Positions 1 to 8,507 of a DNA stretch of 50,190 nt are shown piece after piece. Source of the DNA: Candidatus Hodarchaeota archaeon (GTDB taxonomy: Archaea; Asgardarchaeota; Heimdallarchaeia; Hodarchaeales; Hodarchaeaceae); contig JAEOTQ010000135.1 in assembly GCA_016839785.1 (NCBI GenBank), positions 1 to 50,190 of the forward strand, written 5' to 3'. The notes beneath the pieces are model-generated. The model ran no database searches. It saw only the letters and a list, made by a program, of their open reading frames with translations, and was not told where the DNA came from. Within the stretch, counting starts at the first letter, position 1; every line of letters begins with the position of its first letter. The translations under genes and the position numbers were made by a program.

Positions 1-133
1 ACTGAATGCCCTCCATCTGCTTGCAGAATATCTATAATTGAATACGTCCAATAACGATAAACTAGTCTTACGTTTATCGTTATTGGACGTATTCAATTAT
101 AGATATTCTGCAAGCAGATGGAGGGCATTCAGT
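1..133. repeat. Perfect 62-bp inverted repeat (arms 1-62 and 72-133, 9-nt loop TAGTCTTAC) duplicating the 3' end of the 97..966 gene
   Basis: 1-62 is the exact reverse complement of 72-133; the left arm reads LNALHLLAEYL* on the + strand, identical to the C-terminus of the minus-strand ORF. Confidence 0.97.
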
Positions 134-966
134 GCATAGTATGTATATTCCAATGTGGCAATTCCAGTGAAGGGCACTCTAGAAAATCCGCCGAGGGAGG
201 TTTGGCACCCTTTAATGAAATCAATACTAGTATTAAGAAATTGCTGTTTTATCGACATGATTCTCGATATGACGTACCCAGCATTAACGTGTTCCATGAA
301 TGAGGGAGCAATTTCCGGCATATTTGTGAATAGCATATTAGGGCTTATACATTTTGAAACAAAAATGTTTAAATCTTTTATATTATGGATAGGATAATTT
401 ACCCAATCAAGTATTTGGAGTGCTTGCATTGTTTCCATTAAAGTTGATTTATTTAAGCTACCAAATCCATAATCTTGATTCTTAAACATAAATACATAAT
501 CAACTATATCGTCTTTCAATTCAGGGCTTAGTGGTATTTTTAACACATTCACCAGGCTGACCAGAAAATATATTTTCCGATAAACAGATATTTCTGCTGG
601 AAGATTTTGTAAATCAAAGGATCGAAAATTATTAATAATATAACCTGTTGGGTCAATGGTTGGAGAACTTGGAAGTGCTACTAGAGCATTTATTGCATAG
701 TACGCCTGAATAATACTAAAATAAGAGCCATCAAGATGCTGTAATTCTTTAAGGTAAGCAACCGTTGATTTTGAAGCAGAAAAGTTGTTTTCTAGCAGCT
801 TTCGGGTAATAATTGCATAAAATGTATCTGAGGTATTAGGTTCCTGTTGACGGTAAAAACAGTAGCCTCCATTTACACATTCACGGTTTTTAACATATTC
901 TAGGATTTTTTGAATCTCTACTAATCCAAAAATATTCTTTTCTAATAATAGACTGGCCTTCTTCAA
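97..966 (-). CDS. Prenyltransferase/squalene oxidase (PFTB) repeat protein, GGTase/FTase beta-like alpha-alpha barrel
   Basis: Repeated Q/N-x-x-GG(F/Y)...T(F/Y)YA(I/L) units: NGGYCFYRQQEPNTSDTFYAI, QHLDGSY, NQDYGFG, QTSLGGFS...LEYTYYAL; TTG start. Confidence 0.8.
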   Translation of the reverse strand: MKKASLLLEKNIFGLVEIQKILEYVKNRECVNGGYCFYRQQEPNTSDTFYAIITRKLLENNFSASKSTVAYLKELQHLDGSYFSIIQAYYAINALVALPSSPTIDPTGYIINNFRSFDLQNLPAEISVYRKIYFLVSLVNVLKIPLSPELKDDIVDYVFMFKNQDYGFGSLNKSTLMETMQALQILDWVNYPIHNIKDLNIFVSKCISPNMLFTNMPEIAPSFMEHVNAGYVISRIMSIKQQFLNTSIDFIKGCQTSLGGFSRVPFTGIATLEYTYYALNALHLLAEYL

Positions 967-1001
967 AAGAATTTACCTACTTGCATATAAATTTCTTCAG
1001 T

Positions 1002-1628
1002 TTACCAGAAAAAAGGAATAAATCGTTTCGTTTTGGTTTGATAGGTAGAATACTCCTTTCCAAAATTTTTCACCAGAATTTCTTCCTCATATTTGGAAAT
1101 ATCGTAGTAACCAAGAATTCCAAGGAGTAGGAAAAGCAACAGAGGGGTTTGTAAGGTTAGAAGAAATCCAATGAAATAATAACAATAGGAGGCATATAAA
1201 GGATGTCGAATGTACCTATACATTCCACTAGTCTCCAAAACTACCGGTATACCCCAAGAAAAAGCGCGATTCCATCGTGATACGCGTCCTGCAACGGCCA
1301 CAATCGTACCACACAAAATCAGGAAGATTCCAATTATTTGGACAAGAGTACAACTGAAACTAAACTCACTTAATATTGGATGATAAAGAATATTCGATTG
1401 GAATACCTGTTCGAGGGGTATTATCAAAAACAATCCCCATATTGTAAGTGAACAAAAATAGGTGATTATTGATAGAGTGTTTTGTTTTGTATCAGGCCTT
1501 ATGTTTTTTTTCCTTGTACTTTCCTCACGCCTGTAAGTGACAAAATCGAGGGGAAGAGAGACTATAAAATATGTTATCAGATTTATTCCAACAAAATACC
1601 CAATAATCAAATATTCTAACATCGTCAT
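1002..1628 (-). CDS. Isoprenylcysteine carboxyl methyltransferase (ICMT/Ste14)/PEMT family membrane methyltransferase
   Basis: Several TM helices; LETSGMYRYIRHPLY and EEEIL...FGKEY..Y.....RFIP motifs. Confidence 0.88.
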   Translation of the reverse strand: MTMLEYLIIGYFVGINLITYFIVSLPLDFVTYRREESTRKKNIRPDTKQNTLSIITYFCSLTIWGLFLIIPLEQVFQSNILYHPILSEFSFSCTLVQIIGIFLILCGTIVAVAGRVSRWNRAFSWGIPVVLETSGMYRYIRHPLYASYCYYFIGFLLTLQTPLLLFLLLGILGYYDISKYEEEILVKNFGKEYSTYQTKTKRFIPFFW

Positions 1629-1707
1629 TCATCTGAAAAACTGAAAATTCGTTATGAAAAGCCGTATCTTTGAATTCTAGTGCACTGGTTTTTGAGTATG
1701 GTTCCAT

Positions 1708-2619
1708 TTAGCTTTTAGTTGTCTTCTTGTATAATTCGGCGAGCTCATCAATATCAAATTCGTCAATAACTTCTTTTTGTTCTTTCAAGACTTCTCCTGT
1801 TTTTTCTTCATCTAAAATTGCTCGAAGTTTTTCATATTTTGTTCCTTTAATGAGATCTGGATTCCGTAATTTTTCACGGCCTTTATCAGTTATTTTCCAG
1901 ACTTGTTTAATATCATCATATTCCAGCTCACCTCTGGTACGTAATTTGCGAAGTAGTACCAGAATTTTATCCCGATTATATTCTACCTGGCCGGCACGTG
2001 AGATGATTTCGAGTTGACCCAATAGAGCTAATAGTGGTAAGCCTTCTTTCTTTTCTACAAGCATATCAAAGATGTATATGGATAATAACCTTGAAACACG
2101 ATCTTCGAGAGGAAATTTATCTTCCTCCATACATTCCTGAATCCAAATAAGCACATCTCCGAAGGATTTTGGGATTTTACAAGTCGTAGAGAAGACACGA
2201 TGAGGACGATCATACCGATTTAAAATGTCTAACCGATCTATAATTACTGAAGGATGAGTTCTTGAGACGTCTACTTTGTTAAAAACAATAGCTAAAGGTT
2301 TTCCAAGAGTAATCGGATTGTTTAGTATCCTAAGGAATTCTCTCCGTACTTCAGGAAAGCTTCCTTCATCACTTCCATCAATAACAAAAATTGCTGCTTT
2401 CACATGAGGTAAATATTCCTCAACGAACCTGCGTACCTCTTTCCTACCACCCACTTCAATTAGAGTGAAATTAGATTTCTCATTGACAACGATATCATAC
2501 GATTGATGAGCAGTTGATGGTGTTCCGGATTTAAACTCTCCTTTTAGATAAGAACTAACGAGAGTGGATTTTCCACTCCTTTCCAATCCATATAAAAGTA
2601 CCTGTATTGTTGCTTTCAA
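1708..2619 (-). CDS. Arf/Sar-like small GTPase fused to a C-terminal winged-helix-like domain
   Basis: G1 GLERSGKST, variant G3 EVGGR, IFVID, G4 NKVD; C-terminal LRKLRTRGELE...WKITDKGRE resembles a wHTH wing; acidic tail. Confidence 0.85.
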   Translation of the reverse strand: MKATIQVLLYGLERSGKSTLVSSYLKGEFKSGTPSTAHQSYDIVVNEKSNFTLIEVGGRKEVRRFVEEYLPHVKAAIFVIDGSDEGSFPEVRREFLRILNNPITLGKPLAIVFNKVDVSRTHPSVIIDRLDILNRYDRPHRVFSTTCKIPKSFGDVLIWIQECMEEDKFPLEDRVSRLLSIYIFDMLVEKKEGLPLLALLGQLEIISRAGQVEYNRDKILVLLRKLRTRGELEYDDIKQVWKITDKGREKLRNPDLIKGTKYEKLRAILDEEKTGEVLKEQKEVIDEFDIDELAELYKKTTKS

Positions 2620-2637
2620 TATTATTCACTTATGTTC

Positions 2638-2952
2638 TCATTCTACCCGTTCGATTTTAAAATATACTGGTCTAAACCAGTCTGTACACCCTACGATGTT
2701 GCTATCTTCGTTCACCATATGAGGAATCCTACCCCCATATGCAAGTGTTAGCAAATCATGACGAAGGTCAGCCCATGCCCATTCACAAAACCCCTCAGGG
2801 GGCTTATATCGACTTTCCTTTGTGATGTGAAATTCTTGCCCATTTTCAAAGCGTTCACAAGGTTTTATATCATGATACTTATCTTTTACGTATTCCTTTA
2901 TTATATCACCATTGACTGTTCTCTTAATAACAGTTATTTTACAATCATACAT
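2638..2952 (-). CDS. TIGR04076 family protein
   Basis: CKITV, PCERFE.GQEF, PEGFC.WAW, CTD..RPV.FKIER pattern. Confidence 0.85.
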   Translation of the reverse strand: MYDCKITVIKRTVNGDIIKEYVKDKYHDIKPCERFENGQEFHITKESRYKPPEGFCEWAWADLRHDLLTLAYGGRIPHMVNEDSNIVGCTDWFRPVYFKIERVE

Positions 2953-3116
2953 AATTTTTTCACCAATACATAATCGTTAACCGATTCTGAGTTCAAAGAA
3001 ATATTTTAAAGGTTACCTTTAATCAGCTCAAAAAGATCTTATAAAATCTCTGGAAAATACTCCTCTACGTAAGAAAACATACTTCTAAGATGATGATAGA
3101 GTATTGAGGAATAAAA

Positions 3117-3509
3117 ATGAGTACGATTACGTCAATTTCCGCGGTTATAGTGATTCTAATTTTTCTAGGGCTTAGCGTCTTTCAATTCTTACTCGCTCTC
3201 GGAAAACCCTATGGGAAAGCAGCCTATGGAGGAAAATATGAGGTTCTACCTAACAATATGAGAATTTTGAGCGGTGTTGCGATTCTCATATTCATGATAG
3301 CTTCTCTCTTTGTGGCAGTTCGAGTTGAGTTTCTTTCAAATTTTCCATTTCCTGATATAGCTAACCTAGGTGTGTGGGTTTTTGCAATTTACTTAAGTCT
3401 CAATGCAGTTGCGAATTTTCTTTCTAAGAGTAAATTGGAGAAACAAATTATGACTCCTCTATCACTACTTGCTGCAATCTGTCTTTTTGCTATTGCTTTA
3501 AATCTCTGA
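3117..3509 (+). CDS. Small integral membrane protein (about 4 TM), unknown function
   Basis: GAGG SD upstream; hydrophobic helices; LALGKPYGKAAYGG motif. Confidence 0.75.
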   Translation: MSTITSISAVIVILIFLGLSVFQFLLALGKPYGKAAYGGKYEVLPNNMRILSGVAILIFMIASLFVAVRVEFLSNFPFPDIANLGVWVFAIYLSLNAVANFLSKSKLEKQIMTPLSLLAAICLFAIALNL

Positions 3510-4032
3510 ATTCAATAAGAACTTCATCCATGCCTAGCAAATTTGTGAAGAAACCACCTAGAACATTATTGTGATGATTTATTATTTGTAATGCTGAGAG
3601 TTCTCCTGAATCCCATGTACTGTGACAATCTTTTACAAGCGATACATCATATCCCAAACTATAAGCTCTTCTTAGAGTAGTATCAACGCAATACTCTGTT
3701 TGTAGACCGAGGATAACAAGGTTTTTCACAGCCACAGATTTTAAAAATTCATCTAAGCCCGTTTCATGAAAGGAGTCAGGTGTAGTCTTCTGAAAAATTG
3801 ATTCATCGTCTAGAGGCTTGATTGTTGGATGAATTTCCCATCCGTCAGACCCAGGTTCATCTGGATCCCCTTTTCCACCCATATTCTGGATATAAATCAC
3901 TCTTATTCCTGTTTTCCTTCCTTCTTGTAAGATTAACTTGGAATTATTAAGTAATACATCACCTTGAAAAATGGGAGTTGATCCGACGAAGTTTCCCAAC
4001 TGTAAATCAATAATTAATACCGCCAAAGTCAT
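3490..4032 (-). CDS. Isochorismatase-family cysteine hydrolase
   Basis: Triad-bearing motifs IIDLQ, KTTPDSF, GLQTEYCVDTT. Confidence 0.92.
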   Translation of the reverse strand: MTLAVLIIDLQLGNFVGSTPIFQGDVLLNNSKLILQEGRKTGIRVIYIQNMGGKGDPDEPGSDGWEIHPTIKPLDDESIFQKTTPDSFHETGLDEFLKSVAVKNLVILGLQTEYCVDTTLRRAYSLGYDVSLVKDCHSTWDSGELSALQIINHHNNVLGGFFTNLLGMDEVLIEFRDLKQ

Positions 4033-4066
4033 TGTATAGTGTCTCTCGTTAAAATAAATTGAAAGA

Positions 4067-4086
4067 ATTACCTACGAATAGGTAAT
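4067..4086. promoter_or_regulatory. Palindrome ATTACCTA-CGAA-TAGGTAAT between divergent genes; candidate operator
   Basis: Perfect 8-bp inverted repeat in the 91-bp divergent intergenic region. Confidence 0.4.
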
Positions 4087-4123
4087 CGTAAGTCCTATAT
4101 TGGTTTTTATCTTGTGACTCTTT

Positions 4124-4552
4124 ATGGCAGAATTAAAAACGAAAAAGACTGATCAAAATGTTGAAGCCTTTTTGAATTCTGTAACGGATCCTAGTAGACG
4201 TGCAGACAGTTTTGAAGTTCTAAAATTACTGAAAGAAGTAACTAAGGAAGAACCCCGTATGTGGGGAACCAGTATCGTCGGTTTTGGGGATTATCATTAT
4301 AAGTACAAAAGTGGTCGTGAGGGTGATTGGTTTTTAATTGGATTTTCGCCTCGGAAGCAATATCTAACACTATATATTATGTCAGGTTTTGACAAATACG
4401 AAGAGATTTTGTCTGAACTCGGAAAATACAAGACAGGAAAGTCTTGTTTATATCTTAAGAGGCTTTCTGACGTAAACACTGAAACTCTCATAAAACTTGC
4501 CAGTGAATCAGTGAAATTTGTTAAGGAATGGTCAAATTCCAATCCTAATTGA
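4124..4552 (+). CDS. DUF1801 (YdhG-like) protein
   Basis: MWGTSIVGFG.YHYKY.SGREG.W, FSPRK, LGKYKTGKSCLY. Confidence 0.9.
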   Translation: MAELKTKKTDQNVEAFLNSVTDPSRRADSFEVLKLLKEVTKEEPRMWGTSIVGFGDYHYKYKSGREGDWFLIGFSPRKQYLTLYIMSGFDKYEEILSELGKYKTGKSCLYLKRLSDVNTETLIKLASESVKFVKEWSNSNPN

Positions 4553-4730
4553 CAAATTTATACTTAAAACAGAGACATCAATATATTTTGTCATTGATGG
4601 GTATTCTAACACTATCACGAACGTTTCGGATATTTCCTTCATCTCTCATGTGATTGTATGTACTCCTTTCTAGGAGTTATTAAATAGGAATGTATATTCT
4701 TTACACAATCACCACAATGAAGAATGGCAG

Positions 4731-5447
4731 ATGAGTATTGAAAGATTGCTTTTTGTTTTCCTTGGAATTAGTATTATATTACTTGAATTAGTAATTATTA
4801 AAAGAAACTATGAAACGACTAATTCTAAAGAGACAACAAAGAAATATTTCTTTTTACCGATGACTACACTGATTAATGTATGTATAGTTCTCTTAGGACT
4901 GATTTTGAATGTATCCATTGATTCTCCATATGCATTGGCCATTTTGATTGGGATGAGTGTAGGTCTCGTTGGAGATTTCAATAATGTGTCAATAAACGAA
5001 AACCATCGTAGTTTTATTTTAGGGAGCTTTATCTTCATCCTGAGTTATCTGATTTATTCTTTAGCCCTATTTTACACCAGTAGAGGATTTAATCTTCCCC
5101 TAGATGTAATTATCATTAGTGGTGCACTTTTATTGTACGCTCTATCCCTCAAATCGAACTGGGATACTAATTATGTGAAACGAATGGGAAATTTCCGTCT
5201 GATCACCTGCTTTTATCCAATAATGCTCTTATACCTTTTATCAAGGGCGATAATGAACTGTTTCCAGAGTATTCTCCCCCTCTTCAGCGTAATCATCCTT
5301 ACTTCAGGAATTGCCCTCATTTTTATCACAGATATCGAGTTCTCGATGGATAAGTTTTTCAAACCAGTGGATAACATGATAGGCCCAATTCTCTATCCCC
5401 TTGGACAGCTAGCCATCGCTTTATCAACGATTGTATTACCGATATAA
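4731..5447 (+). CDS. YhhN/TMEM86 (lysoplasmalogenase-like) membrane protein, divergent
   Basis: About 8 TM helices; GLVGD...FILG..F and GIALIFITD...LYPLGQ patterns. Confidence 0.55.
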   Translation: MSIERLLFVFLGISIILLELVIIKRNYETTNSKETTKKYFFLPMTTLINVCIVLLGLILNVSIDSPYALAILIGMSVGLVGDFNNVSINENHRSFILGSFIFILSYLIYSLALFYTSRGFNLPLDVIIISGALLLYALSLKSNWDTNYVKRMGNFRLITCFYPIMLLYLLSRAIMNCFQSILPLFSVIILTSGIALIFITDIEFSMDKFFKPVDNMIGPILYPLGQLAIALSTIVLPI

Positions 5448-5476
5448 TTCCTAAGCTCCCCATGACAGTAGGGTGA

Positions 5477-6301
5477 CTAAAATGGTCGAGAGGGTAATTG
5501 ATCTTTAATTCCCTCATATAGTTGAGAATTTATTTTATTCAGTAAGTTCTCTAAATAGGGTTTGATATCATTATTGTAGAAAAAGCGACACATCAACAGA
5601 AAGTCTGTATTCATTCCAATCCGCTTAATTATCCATCCCTCTCTATCCATTTCCTCTGATTCGTCAGTTTCAGTTCGTATGGCTTCGAGCCATAAGTCTT
5701 TCTCGGAAGGAATGATGGGTATAAATGATTGGAAGATAGCTCGTTCATTTGGATCATTTAAACCAAAACTTTTGATGATCCCTTCGTCTAAATCTGCAAT
5801 ATACAGGCTAAGAAATCGCATCCCCATCATATTTTTTGCTTCAAATCGGGTGATTTCTGTAGTGATTTGTTTTGAGAGATTGGAGGGAAAATGTTGAGAA
5901 AATTGAATGATTTCCTTTATTCGAGTTTGTTCTGATGTAGGTATAACACTGAGTCTTGAAAAGTTGGAATCCACAATTGATGAGAGAAAAACGTTCAGAT
6001 TTCTATCGATAGCATCGATTTTGGCTTTAGTATACCCAACATTATCAAAAATATCTTGTAATACAATATAAACAATTGGGATAGTTTTTTCCTCTTTAGG
6101 ATTGTACATTACTAACTGAAAATCCGCTAAATGTACACTCCGCAATTTTCCTTCACCTGCAAATTCTCTAGAGAACGCAGTTAAAGCACTCACTAACGGC
6201 CAGAGGAGAGTAGGATCTATTTTCAAATTAATATCTTTATTCACAAAGATTTCGTGCCCAATCCCTGTTTCAATGTTGCAGATAGCAAAAAGATGTATCA
6301 T
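5477..6301 (-). CDS. Longin-like domain protein with a second longin/roadblock-like domain
   Basis: N-terminal MIHLFAIC..TG, DPTLL..LVSAL..FSRE..GEG.LRSV pattern typical of Asgard longin-fold proteins. Confidence 0.55.
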   Translation of the reverse strand: MIHLFAICNIETGIGHEIFVNKDINLKIDPTLLWPLVSALTAFSREFAGEGKLRSVHLADFQLVMYNPKEEKTIPIVYIVLQDIFDNVGYTKAKIDAIDRNLNVFLSSIVDSNFSRLSVIPTSEQTRIKEIIQFSQHFPSNLSKQITTEITRFEAKNMMGMRFLSLYIADLDEGIIKSFGLNDPNERAIFQSFIPIIPSEKDLWLEAIRTETDESEEMDREGWIIKRIGMNTDFLLMCRFFYNNDIKPYLENLLNKINSQLYEGIKDQLPSRPF

Positions 6302-6390
6302 TTTAGGTGTTCACAACCCACACCTTGCTCCCAAACTTCTGTTGTTTAAAATCTTAGCCTATATATTTGTCAAGATGACAATCTTTATTA

Positions 6391-6434
6391 GTATGATATA
6401 GAATATTCCTATATCGTATTATCTTATATCATAC
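6391..6434. promoter_or_regulatory. Candidate MarR operator array
   Basis: GTATGATATA(G) at 6391-6401 with inverted copies CTATATCGTA (6409-6418) and TATATCATAC (6425-6434), directly upstream of the PNPOx-MarR operon; also TTGTCA-AGA-TGACAA at 6367-6381. Confidence 0.55.
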
Positions 6435-6446
6435 AAATATAAAAAT

Positions 6447-6917
6447 GTGTTTGCCATGAATGAACAGGAAATGAAAGCGTTCAGTATCAAATTAATGCAA
6501 GAAGCAAAAACAGCATGTTTTACAACTATAGATGAGAATGGTTATCCACATACAAGAGCAGTATTCAATTTAAGGAATTTAGAACAGTTTCCAACTCTCG
6601 AAAAGGTATTTAAAGACCATAATGAGGATCTTTTGATCTATATTTCAACAAATACGTCATCTTCTAAAGTGGAGCATATCAGAAATAATACTGCAGTATC
6701 TCTCTGTATCACAGATCCCGAAAATTTTAGAGGATTAACATTAGGGGGAGATATTAATATTGTGACTGATGAAGAGATAAAAACAGACCTTTGGCTTGAT
6801 TGGTGGGAACAATATTACCCAAAAGGTCGAGAAGATGAAGACTATACCATTCTCGAGTTAAATCCTAAGACGATAGAGGTTTGGTATAAGGGTAAATTCA
6901 AATTTCGGTTTACGTGA
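6447..6917 (+). CDS. Pyridoxamine 5'-phosphate oxidase-like FMN-binding protein (general stress protein 26 type)
   Basis: TIDENGYPHTR, ISTNTSSSKV.HI..N..VSL, YYPKG..D.DY; true start may be ATG 6456. Confidence 0.88.
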   Translation: MFAMNEQEMKAFSIKLMQEAKTACFTTIDENGYPHTRAVFNLRNLEQFPTLEKVFKDHNEDLLIYISTNTSSSKVEHIRNNTAVSLCITDPENFRGLTLGGDINIVTDEEIKTDLWLDWWEQYYPKGREDEDYTILELNPKTIEVWYKGKFKFRFT

Positions 6918-7378
6918 ATTTCGTGGTTTCTATGAAAGAGCAAAGAGCAGCAGGTTATTTGATTGCAAAAATACATCAAAGATCTGGACGTATCTTTACA
7001 AAGAAACTCAAATCCCACAACATTCATGATATAAATCCTGCACAAGGAAGAATTCTTTTCGCTTTATGGCAGAACGATGGTTTATCCATCATAGAACTTG
7101 CTAAAGAAACTGGCCTCAGTAAATCAACCTTAACATCAATGTTGGATCGTTTAGAAGTCTTAGGTCACATTAAAAGAGTCCATTCTACAGAAGATAGAAG
7201 GAAGATTCTAGTTTTCATAACTGAAAAAAATAAACAACTTCAATCGAAATATGTACAAGTATCGCAAGAGATGACCGAAATATTTTATGTGAATTTCACA
7301 ACTGAAGAAAGAGATCAATTTGAGAAATATTTGAAAAAACTTCTCAATAATCTTGTCCTTCAAGAAACTCAAAAGTAA
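6914..7378 (+). CDS. MarR family transcriptional regulator
   Basis: QGRILFAL, LSKSTLTSMLDRLE, DRR; GTGA overlap with the upstream gene. Confidence 0.93.
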   Translation: MNFVVSMKEQRAAGYLIAKIHQRSGRIFTKKLKSHNIHDINPAQGRILFALWQNDGLSIIELAKETGLSKSTLTSMLDRLEVLGHIKRVHSTEDRRKILVFITEKNKQLQSKYVQVSQEMTEIFYVNFTTEERDQFEKYLKKLLNNLVLQETQK

Positions 7379-7387
7379 TGAAGCACT

Positions 7388-8506
7388 TCAGACAAGCCTC
7401 TCAGAAGAGATTGTAAATCGTTTTAACCTTTCAGGTATGATTTCAACACCAATACCATCACCCTCTGGGATTTTAATATATCCCTCTGGGCTCAATTTAA
7501 TAGAGGGTTCTACAATATCCTCTTTGAAGTATCGTGAGGTTTCTGAGGTATCTCCTGGCAAAGTAAACCCTGGAAGAGTTTGTAAGTGGATATTGAATGC
7601 ACGTCCGATTCCTGTTTCCAGCATACCCCCTGACCAGACCGCGATTTTCTTCTTCAAACAATATTCCTGCATTGCTTTTGCTTTCAATATCCCTCCTACA
7701 CGCCCTTGTTTAATATTAACAATCTCGCAACTTCCCAAATTTATAGCTAACTCCACATCTGTTAAGTTTTTTATCGATTCATCAAGACAGATCGGAGTTG
7801 ATAGTTCTTTTTGCAGTTTAGAATGACAATATAAGTCATTATAAGCTAACGGTTGCTCGATCATCATTAGATCATAATCATCAAGCTGTCTTAAGAGTTC
7901 AAGATCCTCAATCGAATAATCGGCATTTGCATCCACCATCAACTTAATATCTGGGAAAGCTTTGCGAATCAACCTAAGAGGGGTTATTTCTTCTCCTTTT
8001 TTGATTTTAATTTTGATTCTATGGTAATTTTTCTTCTTTGCATCATTGATAGATTGAATCAAATCATTAGGATCTTTTTTAATTCCAACACTAATTCCAG
8101 ACATGATTTCCTTGTTTTTTCCTCCAACAACCTGATAGAGAGGAAGCGCACATTTCTTCGCCAAAAGATCTAAAAGGGCGTTTTCAACCGTAGCTTTTGC
8201 CATGTTGTGGCCTCTTACCATTTCAAATTCATTCATGACTTCATTTATAGAAAATTCTTGTTTTTTCTTAAGAATGGGTAAGAGGTAATTTTTAATGATA
8301 TAAACAGCTGTTTCATTGGTTTCATAGCTATAAAATGGATCAGGGGAACTCACACATTCACCCCATCCAGAGCAATCACCAGATTTTAACTTCAAGAGAA
8401 GAGCTGCTTTATGAGTTTCTACCTCAAGACTTGTCTCAAAAGGTTCAATTAAAGGTAAATTCACGATGAAAATTTTCGCTTCATCAATTTGTTTAATGAT
8501 GTCCAA
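7388..8506 (-). CDS. menC: o-Succinylbenzoate synthase / N-succinylamino acid racemase (NSAR/OSBS, enolase superfamily)
   Basis: PFETS, KIKIK, DAN, EQP, LDES, NIKQGRVGG, GGMLE motifs; context favours racemase function. Confidence 0.9.
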   Translation of the reverse strand: MDIIKQIDEAKIFIVNLPLIEPFETSLEVETHKAALLLKLKSGDCSGWGECVSSPDPFYSYETNETAVYIIKNYLLPILKKKQEFSINEVMNEFEMVRGHNMAKATVENALLDLLAKKCALPLYQVVGGKNKEIMSGISVGIKKDPNDLIQSINDAKKKNYHRIKIKIKKGEEITPLRLIRKAFPDIKLMVDANADYSIEDLELLRQLDDYDLMMIEQPLAYNDLYCHSKLQKELSTPICLDESIKNLTDVELAINLGSCEIVNIKQGRVGGILKAKAMQEYCLKKKIAVWSGGMLETGIGRAFNIHLQTLPGFTLPGDTSETSRYFKEDIVEPSIKLSPEGYIKIPEGDGIGVEIIPERLKRFTISSERLV

Positions 8507-8507
8507 G

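Noticed and set aside
7388-8506. Menaquinone biosynthesis locus
   Set aside because: No other men genes are nearby, and the GNAT/deacylase context points to racemase function.
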